Source of the DNA: Octopus sinensis
Taxonomy: Eukaryota
Direction: 5' to 3'
Length of the DNA stretch: 21,023 bases
Assembly: GCF_006345805.1 (NCBI RefSeq)
Contig: NW_021823828.1
Location: 1 to 21,023, forward strand
How positions within the stretch are numbered: the first letter of the stretch is position 1; every line of letters begins with the position of its first letter. The translations under genes and the position numbers were made by a program. This document shows, piece after piece, positions 8,937 to 19,569 of the stretch. The notes beneath the pieces are model-generated. The model made no database searches, was not told the DNA's origin, and was given only the letters and a program-made list of their open reading frames with translations.

Positions 8937-9370
8937 CAACCAACAATCCGTCCATCTTCTCTACCCACAATTCCGGGAGGGCCGTAAGCATAAAGGGGTC
9001 TTCCACAGGAGGACTTTCATAATCGTCATTAAAATTTGTGTGAATTCCCAAGCGTGACCAGCTGTGACTATCGATGTCATCCAACTATCTCGCTCTTGGT
9101 CCACACCTAGGTCACGTGCCGGTTGGCTCGACATCAACAATCTGTCTTGTGATTCATTCCTGCGATAATCTGATCACATGTCCTTAGTACCGGAGATGTT
9201 AATTTATATGACGGAATAACTGAAGCTTGACCTGGAAAGACCGCTGATCTTCGACTTCAAAGCCTGTTGGGTAACGTTACTCCATTTTTCTGAGAAACTT
9301 CATTTCGGCCGCTAGTATTTGCGATCGCACACTTTTGATCAATACCCAGATCAATCCAGATCATTGGTAA
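8937..9370 (-). mobile_element. 5'-truncated, degenerate RTE-clade LINE (ORF2 C-terminus plus 3' end)
   Basis: Minus-strand translation across frameshifts gives WVLIKSVRSQILAAEMKFLRK, then GHVIRLSQE*ITRQIVDVEPTGT*PRCGPRAR*LDDIDSHSWSRLGI. This matches the RTE ORF2 C-terminal motifs (AAEMxFLR; RWxGHVxRM; GxRPRGRPRxRW). It ends in GAAGATGGACGGATTG, similar to (GATG)n RTE tails. Confidence 0.87.
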
Positions 9371-9637
9371 AGAAACTCACGAAAAATTGAATTGTTACAG
9401 AAACCACAAATTACAGCAATTTTCTGTAAAATGTAGTTACAGGTGTCGGGTGTTACAGTGACATAGTTGTTAATGTAATCATATTATGGCACTTTCGGTC
9501 CCTCTTAAATTTACAATTGCTCCAATTCGAATGATATGCAACTACGTTGGCATATTAACTCTAAGAGTTTTGACAAGCACAGTCCATGAAATATCAATAC
9601 GAGATTCTATAAATATTGTAAGGACATTATTCCATTG

Positions 9638-10062
9638 TGTGGAGGCGTAATTGCCCAGTGGTTAGGGCAGCGAACTCGCGGTCGTAGGATCGCGGTTTCG
9701 ATTCCCAGAGTGTTTATTGAGTGTTTATTGAGCGAAAATACCTAAAGCTCCACGAGGCTCCGGCATTCTTCCTGTTTCTGTTGTACCTGTATTTCGAAGG
9801 GCCAGCCTTGTCACACTCTGTGTCATGCTGAATCTCCCTGAGAACTACGTTAAGGGTTCACGAGTCCGTAGAGTGCTCAGCCACTTGCCCGTTAATAAAT
9901 GAGCTGCGACGTCAATGGTGCCTTTGCCTTTCCCTTGGGGAGAGGGGAAGCTGGTATGCGTGGGCGACTGCTGGTCTTCCATAAACAACCTTGCCCAGAC
10001 TTGTACCTCGGAAGGTAACTTTCTAGGTGCAACCTCATGGTCATTCATGACCGAAGGAGGTC
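9638..10062 (+). mobile_element. tRNA-derived SINE ('type C'): same head as type B, different 3' body
   Basis: The head GGAGGCGTAATTGCCCAGTGGTTAGGGCAGCGAACTCGCGGTCGTAGGATCGCGGTTTCGATTCC aligns to 7934-7998. It shares GTGTTTATTGAGCGAAA...CCTAAAGCTCCACG.GGCTCCG with type B, then diverges. It carries an 11-bp tandem duplication GAGTGTTTATT (9708-9729). No clean TSD. Confidence 0.88.
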
Positions 10063-10446
10063 ACAATTACATTGTAATTGTTTGAAACTTAAAGATCTTC
10101 TTGTGACAGTGTTTGTATATTTTTGTGCATGCTTTCAAAGATTTGTATAATACAAAATGTAAGAAAGAAAATAAATTGATGCATTTCAGAAAACACGAAC
10201 GAAAAAAATAAATGGCAACGACTTATTTTATTCACATAATCATAATGATGTCATTTGGAAAAAATAGTAGAGTAAAGGATGAGGATGAATTATAGAATGA
10301 AAATGTGGAGTTGGGAGGGAGGGGAGGAGTTCCTTTTTACAACTGTCACAGAAACAAAAACATTGCAATACAAAGACTTGTTAATAAAAAACTAAGTCAT
10401 ATTCACAAAAGAATAGATATGCAAAACAGTTTTTGTTTAAAATATC

Positions 10447-10672
10447 AATAACAATAATGATTTCAAATTTTGGCGCAAGGCCAGCAATTTTGGGGAAGGT
10501 TATAAGTCGATTACATGGACCCCAGCGAGCAACTGGTACTTATTTTATCGATCCCGAAAAGATGAAAATTAAAATCGACCTCCGCGGAATTTGAAATCAG
10601 AGCATTTAAAACGCACGAAATACGTTAAGAATTTTGTTCGGCGTCCGAAGGATTCTGTCACCTCACAGCCTT
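10447..10672 (-). mobile_element. Monomeric Nin/Deu-like tRNA SINE ('type D'), diverged
   Basis: Plus strand shows AACTGGTACTTATTTTATCGATCCCGAAAAGATGAAA...TCGACCTCCGCGGAATTTGAA, homologous to units of the array at 12521-13476. The head ends at GCCTT (10672) and an AT-rich tail lies at about 10447-10465. Confidence 0.88.
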
Positions 10673-10860
10673 CACATCATCAACGACAACATCAAGAATA
10701 ACAATACGGACGACGACGGCGACGACGGCGATGGTGATGATAAGGCCTTAGGAAAATATCTAATCATAAGATATGACATACTCCCACATAAAAACTACCA
10801 TACACTCTTATATTGTGTTTGTGCGCACTCAATTATGTGTGTGTATCAGTGTCTGTGAAT

Positions 10861-10969
10861 GTATGAATTTATGTATGTGTGTGTGTGTGTGTATGCAATT
10901 ATGTATGTATGCATATATATATGTATACACACATATATACATGTGTGTCTTAATATGCATATGCATACA

Positions 10970-11019
<50 letters not shown>

Positions 11020-11023
11020 TATA

Positions 11024-11065
<42 letters not shown>

Positions 11066-11070
11066 TATAT

Positions 11071-11120
<50 letters not shown>

Positions 11121-11232
11121 ATAGATATATACATGTATATATACGTATGTATGTGTGTGTATATGAAAATGGAGTTGTTCTGGTGAAGCATTGTGTGATA
11201 CACAAACACACACACACACACACACATACAAA
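10861..11232. repeat. Compound (TG)n/(TA)n/(GA)n/(CA)n microsatellites
   Basis: Directly visible. Confidence 0.95.
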
Positions 11233-11649
11233 CACAAACGCATACATATGTGCATACGGATGGATCCATAGATGTTTTATATATCCCCAGACATAAGCCT
11301 GACATTGTTTTCTCTGATTTGAATTCCTAGTGTTATTTATAGTCGCAGCAGCCGACTGTCGCATTGTATTTCCTATGCGTATATATACGCGGATACCTTT
11401 TGATTTGCTGTCTCTCGTTTTCCCCTTATATATATATATATCCGTATATAAAGAAAAGTTATGTGTCTCCATGTTCGTACAGATGCAAATCTATTGCTCT
11501 CTCCCCCCACTCTCTCTTTGTCTGCCGATCTATCTGTGCATTTTTTAAATGCCAATCAAATCTCAAGAGGTCTGTTACAATAGTAATGAAACAGTTTTCA
11601 TACATTTTAATTGATATAAATATTATAAAGAGACAATGCACAGTAAGAC

Positions 11650-11841
11650 ACACCTATACCCACACAAATCACACCCACACACACACACACGCACTCAAAC
11701 TCATACATACACATATACATGCACGTAGACAGAGATTACAGATATATACACATATATACATAGATATCACATATATATATATTTATATAATTATATACAT
11801 GTATCTATGAGTGTGTGTACACAGACACACACACACACACA

Positions 11842-11891
<50 letters not shown>

Positions 11892-11993
11892 GTGTGTGTG
11901 CGTGCGTATAGGAAGGGATATTTGTACATCTATGGATATAAATGTCTGTGTGTGTAAATATATATATATACACACACATATATATATATGTGT

Positions 11994-12040
<47 letters not shown>
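11650..12040. repeat. Compound (CA)n/(TA)n/(TG)n microsatellites
   Basis: Directly visible. Confidence 0.93.
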
Positions 12041-12042
<2 letters not shown>

Positions 12043-12078
12043 CCTATATATTTTCTTTGTGTAATAAAATACTTCATT

Positions 12079-14772
12079 ATGAGTAAAACTAAATTTCTAA
12101 ATTTAGATGAAAAAAGTTTGTTGAACGATCCCGATTTTTGCGGCTGAAATTTCTTATGTGTCTGATGACAATACACCAATAGATGTGGCGGAACATCCTC
12201 CTGACAAAGTATGTATCGTTTCCGGCGAGGAAGAGATAGATGAAAATGAACTTAGTGATAATTACCCAAATGATGTACCTGGATGCTTAGAAGATTCAGG
12301 AACAAATTCAACAGATCGAGTTAGGCCTGCAGCTAAACGTCGAAAGTGCAAAACGAAATCAAAGCCAACCTGGAATACACCACAAGAAGATTTTCATGGC
12401 GAGAGAGGAAATACTAATGCAATAAAGGATAGAATCACCAAAATAAAGAATCATTTCAAGGATCAATCCCCCGTAGAGGCTTTTCAAACACTTTTCGATG
12501 AAGATGTGATGACCAATATTCTTTTCTACTCTAGGCACAAATCCCAAAATTTTGGGGGAGGGGTCTGTCGATTAGATAGACCCTAGTACGAAACTGGTAC
12601 TTAATTGATCGTCCCCGAAAGGATGAAAGGCAAAGTCGACCTCGGCGGAACTTGAACTCAGAACGTAAAGACAGACGAAATACCGCTAACGTTTCTTATT
12701 TATTGAACCACAAGGGGCTAAACATAGAGGGGACAAACAAGGACAGACAAAGGGATTAAGTCAATTACATCGATCCGAGTGCGTAACTGGTACTTTATTT
12801 CGACCCCGAAATGATGAAGGGCAAAGTCGACCTCGACGGAATTTGAACTCAGAATATAAAGACAGACGAAATACCTATTTCTTTACTACCCACAAGGGGC
12901 TAAACATAGAGGGGACAAACAAGGACAGAAAAACGGATTGAGTCGATTATATCGACCCAGTGCGTAACTGGTACTTATTTAATCGACCCCGAAAGGATGA
13001 AAGGCAAAGTCGACCTCGGCGGAATTTGAACTCAGAACGTAGCGACAGACGTAATACCTATTTCTTTACTACCCACAAGGGGCTAAACACAGAAGGGACA
13101 AACAAGGACAGAGAAACGAATTAAATCGATTATATCGACCCCAGTGCGTAACTGGTACTTATTTAATCGACCCCGAAAGGATGAAAGGCAAAGTCAACCT
13201 CGGCGGAATTTGAACTCAGAACGTAGCGACAGACGTAATACCCATTTCTTTACTACCCACAAGGGGCTAAACACAGAAGGGACAAACAAGGACAGAGAAA
13301 CGAATTAAATCGATTATATCGACCCCAGTGCGTAACTGGTATATTTTTAATCGATGCCGAAAGGATGAAAGGCAAAGTCGACCTCGGCGGAATTTGAACT
13401 CAGAACGTAGCGACAGACGAAATCCTGCTAAGCATTTCGCCCGGCGTGCTAACGTTTCTGCCAGCTCGCCGCCTTAATGTGATGAGCAATATTGTAAGAC
13501 AAAATGTCATATATGCTACACAAATTAATTGACATAACTCTTCATTTTCGCTGGATTACTTGAGAAAGTTCATTGGATGGTTTTTACTGAGAGGCTTTCA
13601 TCACTTGCCACAAGAACAAATGTATTGGTGTGGGGATGTAGATGTAAAGATCCAGTTCGTTCGTGAACATTTGGTACGAAATAGATACATTGAAATGAAA
13701 AAAAATTGCACTTCAATGATAAGTCTACTCTTGGAACAGGCGCAATTCATAAAACCTTCAAAGTTGCACCACTAATTCAAATGATGAACGAAAAATTTGT
13801 GAAGTTTGGGGTTTTTTCAAAGCACCTGAGCATTGATGAACAAATCGGCAGTCATTTTCTGAAGCAATTTATAAGAGATTTGGATCTATGGAATGGGCAA
13901 TGTACTGCTCCACAAGTTATTGTTTTCGTGTTGCCTTGTATGAAGAACAAGATTCATCATTTGTATTAGGAGCTACAGTTGTTTTGAACAAAGTTTTGCA
14001 AATTCAGAATCCTTTAGATCACATACTTTACTTTGATAATTTTTTCTACAAGTTTTGAGCTAAAGAAAATACCGACTGAGAAAGAAGTTTCAGCTGCAGG
14101 AATAGTAAGAAGCAATCGAACTAATAAATGCCTACTTGTCCCTGATAACGATTTGAAGATCAAGGCTGAGGCTTCTATGATTACAGACTCGAAACATTGT
14201 ACTGAATAGTTGCCACTGTTTGGGAAGACGACAATAATGTGAAGATGCTTTCAAACTATCAACGTACGCTGTCAGCTGAAAGTGTGAAAAGGTGGAATAA
14301 ACAAATGAATAAGAATGTAAACGTACCACAGTCCACGTGTTTTGCTGAATACAATACTTTTATGGATGGAGCAGACAAAATGGATTGGGTAATCAATAAG
14401 TACAGGATCCAAATCCGCGCTGAGAGATGGTATTTTGCCATTTTCACCAACCTTATCGATATGGATGTTATGAATGCACATATTCTTTCCTGTATGGAAA
14501 ATGACAACATTCCTATTCTCGAATTCAGAAGAAGAATAGTCGAAGCCTATATGACTATTTCATCTTTATCTGATCCAAAAAATTCAGATCTACCTTCTTT
14601 GGGTAAAAAGTTTGAAAAGCGTGAAATCAGAAAGAATCAGTCTGGACACTTCTTGGAAAGAACTGATCTGGGAAAGCTAAGAAAGTGTGGTGTGTGCAAG
14701 AAATGTCAGGAAACAATGATCCAAGTGCAATGTAGGTTTGATCGTTCATTGTGTGAAGGCCTGATATCGATA
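12079..14772 (+). pseudogene. piggyBac transposase pseudogene (PGBD2/PGBD3-like), interrupted by the SINE array
   Basis: The acidic N-terminus (SGEEEIDENELSD) leads to SPVEAFQTLFDEDVMTNI, then resumes in frame after the insertion with VRQNVIYATQIN*...LRKFIGWFLLRGFHHLPQEQMYW. Further motifs are LSIDEQ (Asp codon 13835), LKQFIR, RFG..WAM, LGATVVL, LYFDNFF (Asp 14035), GIVRSNR, WEDDNNV, YNTFMDGADKMD (Asp 14374), RWYFAIF, EFRRRIV and Cys-rich CGVCK...SKCNVGL. Multiple stops, frameshifts and small deletions are present. Confidence 0.95.
12521..13476 (-). mobile_element. Head-to-tail pentamer of Nin/Deu-like tRNA SINE with one 17-bp TSD
   Basis: Five AACTGGT anchors at 12592, 12785, 12966, 13150 and 13334 give periods of 193, 181, 184 and 184. 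A complete tRNA-like head occurs only at about 13400-13476. The TSD is ATGTGATGACCAATATT (12504-12520) / ATGTGATGAGCAATATT (13477-13493). Confidence 0.95.
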
Positions 14773-16466
14773 AGTACGGTTTTTTTTTTACAAAATCTCG
14801 TGTTTACAAATGTTTTAGATAGAATCCTGCTTAAATAAAATAATTAAAAAAAATATTGTGGTAAATGGCTGCTCATTTCGTTTGTTGTAATAGGTTTATT
14901 TGCAATCTAAAATTATCCTTTAATAGTCCGCTTTCCTTGACCTTTCTTGCCATGACCCACGTTTGGGACTTTTCGAAAAAATTATCATAATTTCTCAAAT
15001 AATTCACATATGAAGAAAATTTAAATACTATATTCTATATTAACTCCTATGACACAAGGCAAAGCCAAAAAATAGGAATAGAAAAATTAGGCAGTTAATG
15101 GGTTATGGTGAAGTTATTTGTGAGGTGGGTTTGGGGGCACGGCGCAATTTATAATGGCCAATCTGTTAAATTTGAATAGAGATTCAATTGCAAATTTACA
15201 TTTATTGTGATTCAGTATTACAATTGGATTTATGTGCAACTTTTAAGAACTTAGATGATTATTTGTTTAGCCTTCTTTGGTTGTACCACATGTGATGACG
15301 TCAGTTAAATAGGTGTACATACTTTCCATCGCGTTTTCACGGATAAGATTATGATTTATTGGAAATACGTAAGACCAAAATTAAATAATTTTAACTGAAA
15401 AATAATTTCCTTCTGCCTCAGAAACAATAAATATTTTGCCACCAAAATACAGTGCAAAAGTGATAAATGTTACTCTAATCAATGGTACTATATGTCTTGT
15501 AAGAAGATATTTTGTTAAGTCATCTGAGACAGCAGTCAAGCGTGTAGATAAATGATTCTGTTAATAGCTCCTGATACGTAAACAGCTCTCAACTGTTATC
15601 ATTAACGATATATGAATAATGAAAATAACATTGGTACAGCAGTCGTATTGTATGAGAAATCTATTTGGAACGTCCTTTACCTTTAAGTCAAGTTTACAAT
15701 ATTTCTTGATAGTCGTAGTAAATTCAACTGAAAATACCAATATCATACCCATGCAGTCTTTAACAGGCAACTTCAGGTTACGCGTAACTGAGTTCTATAA
15801 AAAAATGCTGAAATATAGTGCTCTGTAAGTGGAGCTCTGTAAGCGGCTAAATCAAAGAGAAAGACATTTATTGTAGAAGATATGCAGGTAAATGTCGGAG
15901 AAACAAGAGAAACGTTCAGTGGTTCCTCCACGGATTTACGAACCTTCGAAAATATATCCTCATTATGTTATATTGAAAGTATGTGGCATCATTGGTGGGA
16001 CATTTGGTGCAGTCATGTGGATGAAAATTACCGCACAAATAAAACCATGACAACGAAAAGGTGTAGCTTTATAACTGGAACGAAGCATTTTAAGGATGAT
16101 TTATGTTAGAAATAGAAAATTCTTCTGTAGTCATTTCGACAGATGCAGATGCACAATTTTCTACTTAAAGAACAGAGTTGCAGATCTGATTATCCTTCAT
16201 AATATTCTCCAAACCACGAGCCCGATTTATCGCTGAAATCAAATCTAAAGCTTTGCTTTCCCATCATGAAGTTTGTATGTAGATAGAATTAATTCCGGTT
16301 ATGAGTTAATCGCGAAAAGTTTCGTCACTCTACATCTCCGTCTTGATATATAGAACGATTCTAAACTAATCACACCTTTAAGAGAGTTTCCCCTCGTGCA
16401 GGTTTACCTCTTCTGTGTCAAAGGATTTATTTACGTTGCAAAGAATCGTGAATATATATATATATA

Positions 16467-17109
16467 CGAGCAAAACGCCCCCCGTCCAATCGACGGTGCT
16501 GAGTTGTCAAACATTTAAACTAAATTTTCTCAAAGCAACTTGTCCGACCGTCCCACAGGTCTCCCCTCTGAGAAACACTGATTTAACCTAAATTTGAGAC
16601 ACCAGCAAAAGAAGAAATAAAAATAGACTTTTTTCTAGTACAAAGAAAAACGATTTTATTCACACAAATATGCAACCGAAGAGTTTAAAGTACCAGAAAT
16701 GATAAGGATATTGACTGGGAGAACACAAACATGGTTTAAACAGTAAGCTTGGCAGGAAAGCAACGTGCCTTTAAGCAGTACAAAAACCCCAAAAAAATGG
16801 AAGGTGCAGTTTTATACAGGTTGACGGAAGAAAAGCAGGACAAAAAAGATGCATGCAAATGGGTTAGCTGGAGGTAAATCTAGATGGAAAATCGATCGCA
16901 ACAGCTGATGTACTTGCGCGCACAAATGCACGTTCCCACGGCTTTATCGATTGCATTCTCACCTGGAATCGATTTTTGTAATTTTTTCAAGACTTATACT
17001 CTGATACCGTCGGTATCTACATATCAAATCTGAGCGCAATCGGATGCAGGATGCCCGAGATCCTAGAAGACACACACAGAGATAGACAGAACGGATTTTA
17101 TATAATAGA
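16467..17109 (-). mobile_element. Non-autonomous Helitron-like element (643 bp)
   Basis: The minus strand starts A|TCTATTATATAAAATCCGTTCTGTCTATCTCTGTGTGTGTC...CCGATTGCGCTCAGATTTG, a typical Helitron 5' TC terminus with a microsatellite-like leader. It ends with hairpin CCGTC-GATTG-GACGG (16482-16496), then 11 nt, then CTCG|T (one mismatch to CTAG/CTRR). It sits between A and T with no TSD. Confidence 0.75.
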
Positions 17110-17526
17110 TATTGCTCTGTATATACGCGTGTGTCAGCTTATCAAACTACTGTCTATAAACGAAGATTTAAGATGTTTTTAAAAATCCAGTTTTCTAAAG
17201 ATCTTGCTACACACTTTATAGTCAAATGCTTGAGAATGACAAACTAATTGACGATGTAGGTTTTTCTTTTTAAATCTTTTACTAATCATTTACTGCACTG
17301 AACTATGAAATGATTTGGAAATGCTATGAGGACAGAGAATTCACAAGGCGTTTCAGATGAAATTTGCCAGTACCTTGTAAGTATAAGGAGTGAATGTTTA
17401 GATATACAGAAGCTGTCGATACCATTCTGGGTTCTTTCACATTTCTTTCGAACGATTACAATTTCAAATAATCAGATTGAATGGGTATTAACTACATAAG
17501 CTTCAACTAAAACTATATTAAACGCA

Positions 17527-17800
17527 GTGAAGGCTTATGACCTAGTGGTTGAAGTATTGGGCTTCTAATTTTGTAGATCGATGTTCGATTCTCGGACTGG
17601 TCGGTGGGCTATGTCTTTGAGCAAGACACTATATTTTATGTTGCTCCAATTTACTGAGATGAAAATAATTCCAGTGGCACCTGGGACGGGAGTCAACTCT
17701 GTAACAGACGAGCGTCTTGTTCAAGAAAGAAGAAAGAGTTTTGAAAATTGGTTAATTTCCGGCCTCGTGGGTCTGTAGGTTTGAGGCCCTCTTTGTCTTA
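17527..17800 (+). mobile_element. Old tRNA-CORE-like SINE ('type E'), diverged
   Basis: A-box-like TGACCTAGTGG and B-box-like TGTTCGATTCTC, then a CORE-like TGTCTTTGAGCAAGACACT. A decayed V-like segment follows (GTAACAGACGAGCGTCTTGTTCAAG). The 3' boundary is approximate. Confidence 0.68.
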
Positions 17801-19425
17801 CAAAACACTCCAGCTACATGAAAGGTCAAAATAGAAAACTGTAAATATAGCTGCAGCTAGTAATGTAATACTTGCAAATCTTTTGGAAATTGTCTCACTT
17901 CTATTGAGATTGTGCGCGCGTGTGTCTCTCTGTGTATGTGTGTGTGCGTGTGCGTTTTTTAGGCCCTGATGTAGCTGTAAGATGTCATCCGGCGCTCAAA
18001 CAATGAGTCCACTGCATCTTAAGGCGGAAACATGCACACTAATGAGGTTCATAATCGCTTATTCCTTTATCATATATAAGACAAGGTATAAATAATGGTC
18101 ATCACATATTTTTCCTTTATTAGAGTAAATATGCTTTACAGCCGTTTCAAGTAATCATGATAGGTACTTTATTGATAGGTTTACATATAAGATACGGGTA
18201 TTCTTTTCCTTGAGACAAATTCTTTATTGACCAGTGTTATTCTTATTGTAGTTTACAAATCCAAGCATGAAACGTTATTCAACTTTGGAGTCTTGGAGAC
18301 AGACGCCCCTTTCAAACACACATGCACATGCACTTATATATTAATGATGAACATAAATACCTGACAGGTATACATAATACTGAAGTACGCATAAAGTAAA
18401 CATGCAGACAAATATATTTAATAAATTTTTGAATGTGATAAAAACATACAATCGATGAAGGGACAAAAGAAACAGTAAGATGATACATGTTGATTTTATT
18501 AGGTATTTCTGTTTATTTAGAATCCTACAATGAACAAGTCAGACGCTAAACTATAAATTTCACAGGGTACAACCTCAAAGTTGACATCACTCCGCTAAAC
18601 GCAGAAAATTTCTGTCTCGCTATTGGCTAAAACTATCCAGTTTTGTTTTTTTTCTTCGATTTTTAAACCTCTGTAACTTTTTCCCCCAGTTTTTCCTCTA
18701 CAGCATCATACCTTCAAAGCAATGAGACTGAAAGCTACTTTCAGATTTTTTTTTACTTCTTTTTAAAAAATGCTTATTTTGCGGAAAAAAAAGGAAACTG
18801 GATTCTAGAAAATATTTCAACAATTTCTTTTATGCAGTTCCTAATAATATTTAATTATAAAAATATAATAGGACTTCTTTTAAAACATTGAGTGACTAGG
18901 AGGGTCCATCTGAGTAAAATAGGAACGAGAGGTGTCTACTGGTAAAAAGTGGTTGAGAAACATGTATTGTTTTGCAAGATTCCTGCAATGAAATTGTGTG
19001 TCGAAACAGATATTGTTATTTTTGGGGATGATCATTTTTTTGTCAGGAAGAGATACGTTGGATAGAGAGTTGCGGAAGAGGTCACAGGATGTGTGACGAA
19101 AGATTTCAGGCGAAGGGAAGACCAAGTTTATAGGTTGAGAAACACTGTTCTAGATATTTCAACGTATCGAAGACTTCCAACATACAACCAATCTTATTTA
19201 CCACGAAGCTATTTCAAAATTCTAGGCATTCAAGCAAACATCTTTAACGCCCGTAATTCATCGTACATCGTTCACAATTCATCCATGAAACTATCCTATC
19301 TTTCAGTCAAACCACTCACCCCTACCATCGAATCAAATACGCGTTCAACCAACTTCATCACCAACACTATTCTTAACATTCAAATACCTTTGCCTTGAAA
19401 TTATTCAATCTTCAAAATAATTCAA

Positions 19426-19563
19426 CCGTCCATCCTCCCATCCTTCCACTCATCCGAACAACCATCTACCCGTCCGTCCGTCCATCATCTATCCATCCAT
19501 CCATCCATCCATCCATCCTCCCATCCGTCCATCCATCCATCCATCCATCCATGCATCCATCCA
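19426..19563. repeat. (CCAT)n/(CCGT)n microsatellite
   Basis: Directly visible. Confidence 0.93.
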
Positions 19564-19569
19564 TTTAGT

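Larger units (their letters stand above)
12041..15106 (+). mobile_element. piggyBac-superfamily DNA transposon relic (right end present, left TIR not found)
   Basis: Contains the decayed transposase described next. The right terminus resembles a piggyBac end: AAAAATTAGGCAGTTAATGGG-TTAT (15082-15106), where TTAA would be mutated to TTAT. No matching left TIR is visible before the microsatellites at 12040. Confidence 0.8.

Noticed and set aside
2645-12179. Many ORFs rich in YI, YVCM, HTYI or CV dipeptides
   Set aside because: They are translations of (TA)n, (TACA)n and (TG)n microsatellites or antisense SINE sequence.
12521-13476. Regularly spaced repeats suggesting a CRISPR-like array
   Set aside because: The whole 181-193-bp unit repeats with no unique spacers. 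The units are SINE-homologous, and the context is eukaryotic with no cas genes.
15271-15368. Apparent exon between TTTGTTTAG and GTAAGA
   Set aside because: All three frames contain stops and no partner exons were found.
15892-16050. Loose resemblance of the small-ORF hydrophobic segment to the EMRE/SMDT1 transmembrane helix
   Set aside because: It lacks the mitochondrial presequence and the essential acidic C-terminal tail, and similarity is limited to a few generic residues.
18900-19398. Long, mostly open plus-strand frame including the 101-aa ORF 19093-19398
   Set aside because: It has two internal stops upstream and no recognisable motif, and it grades into low-complexity sequence.
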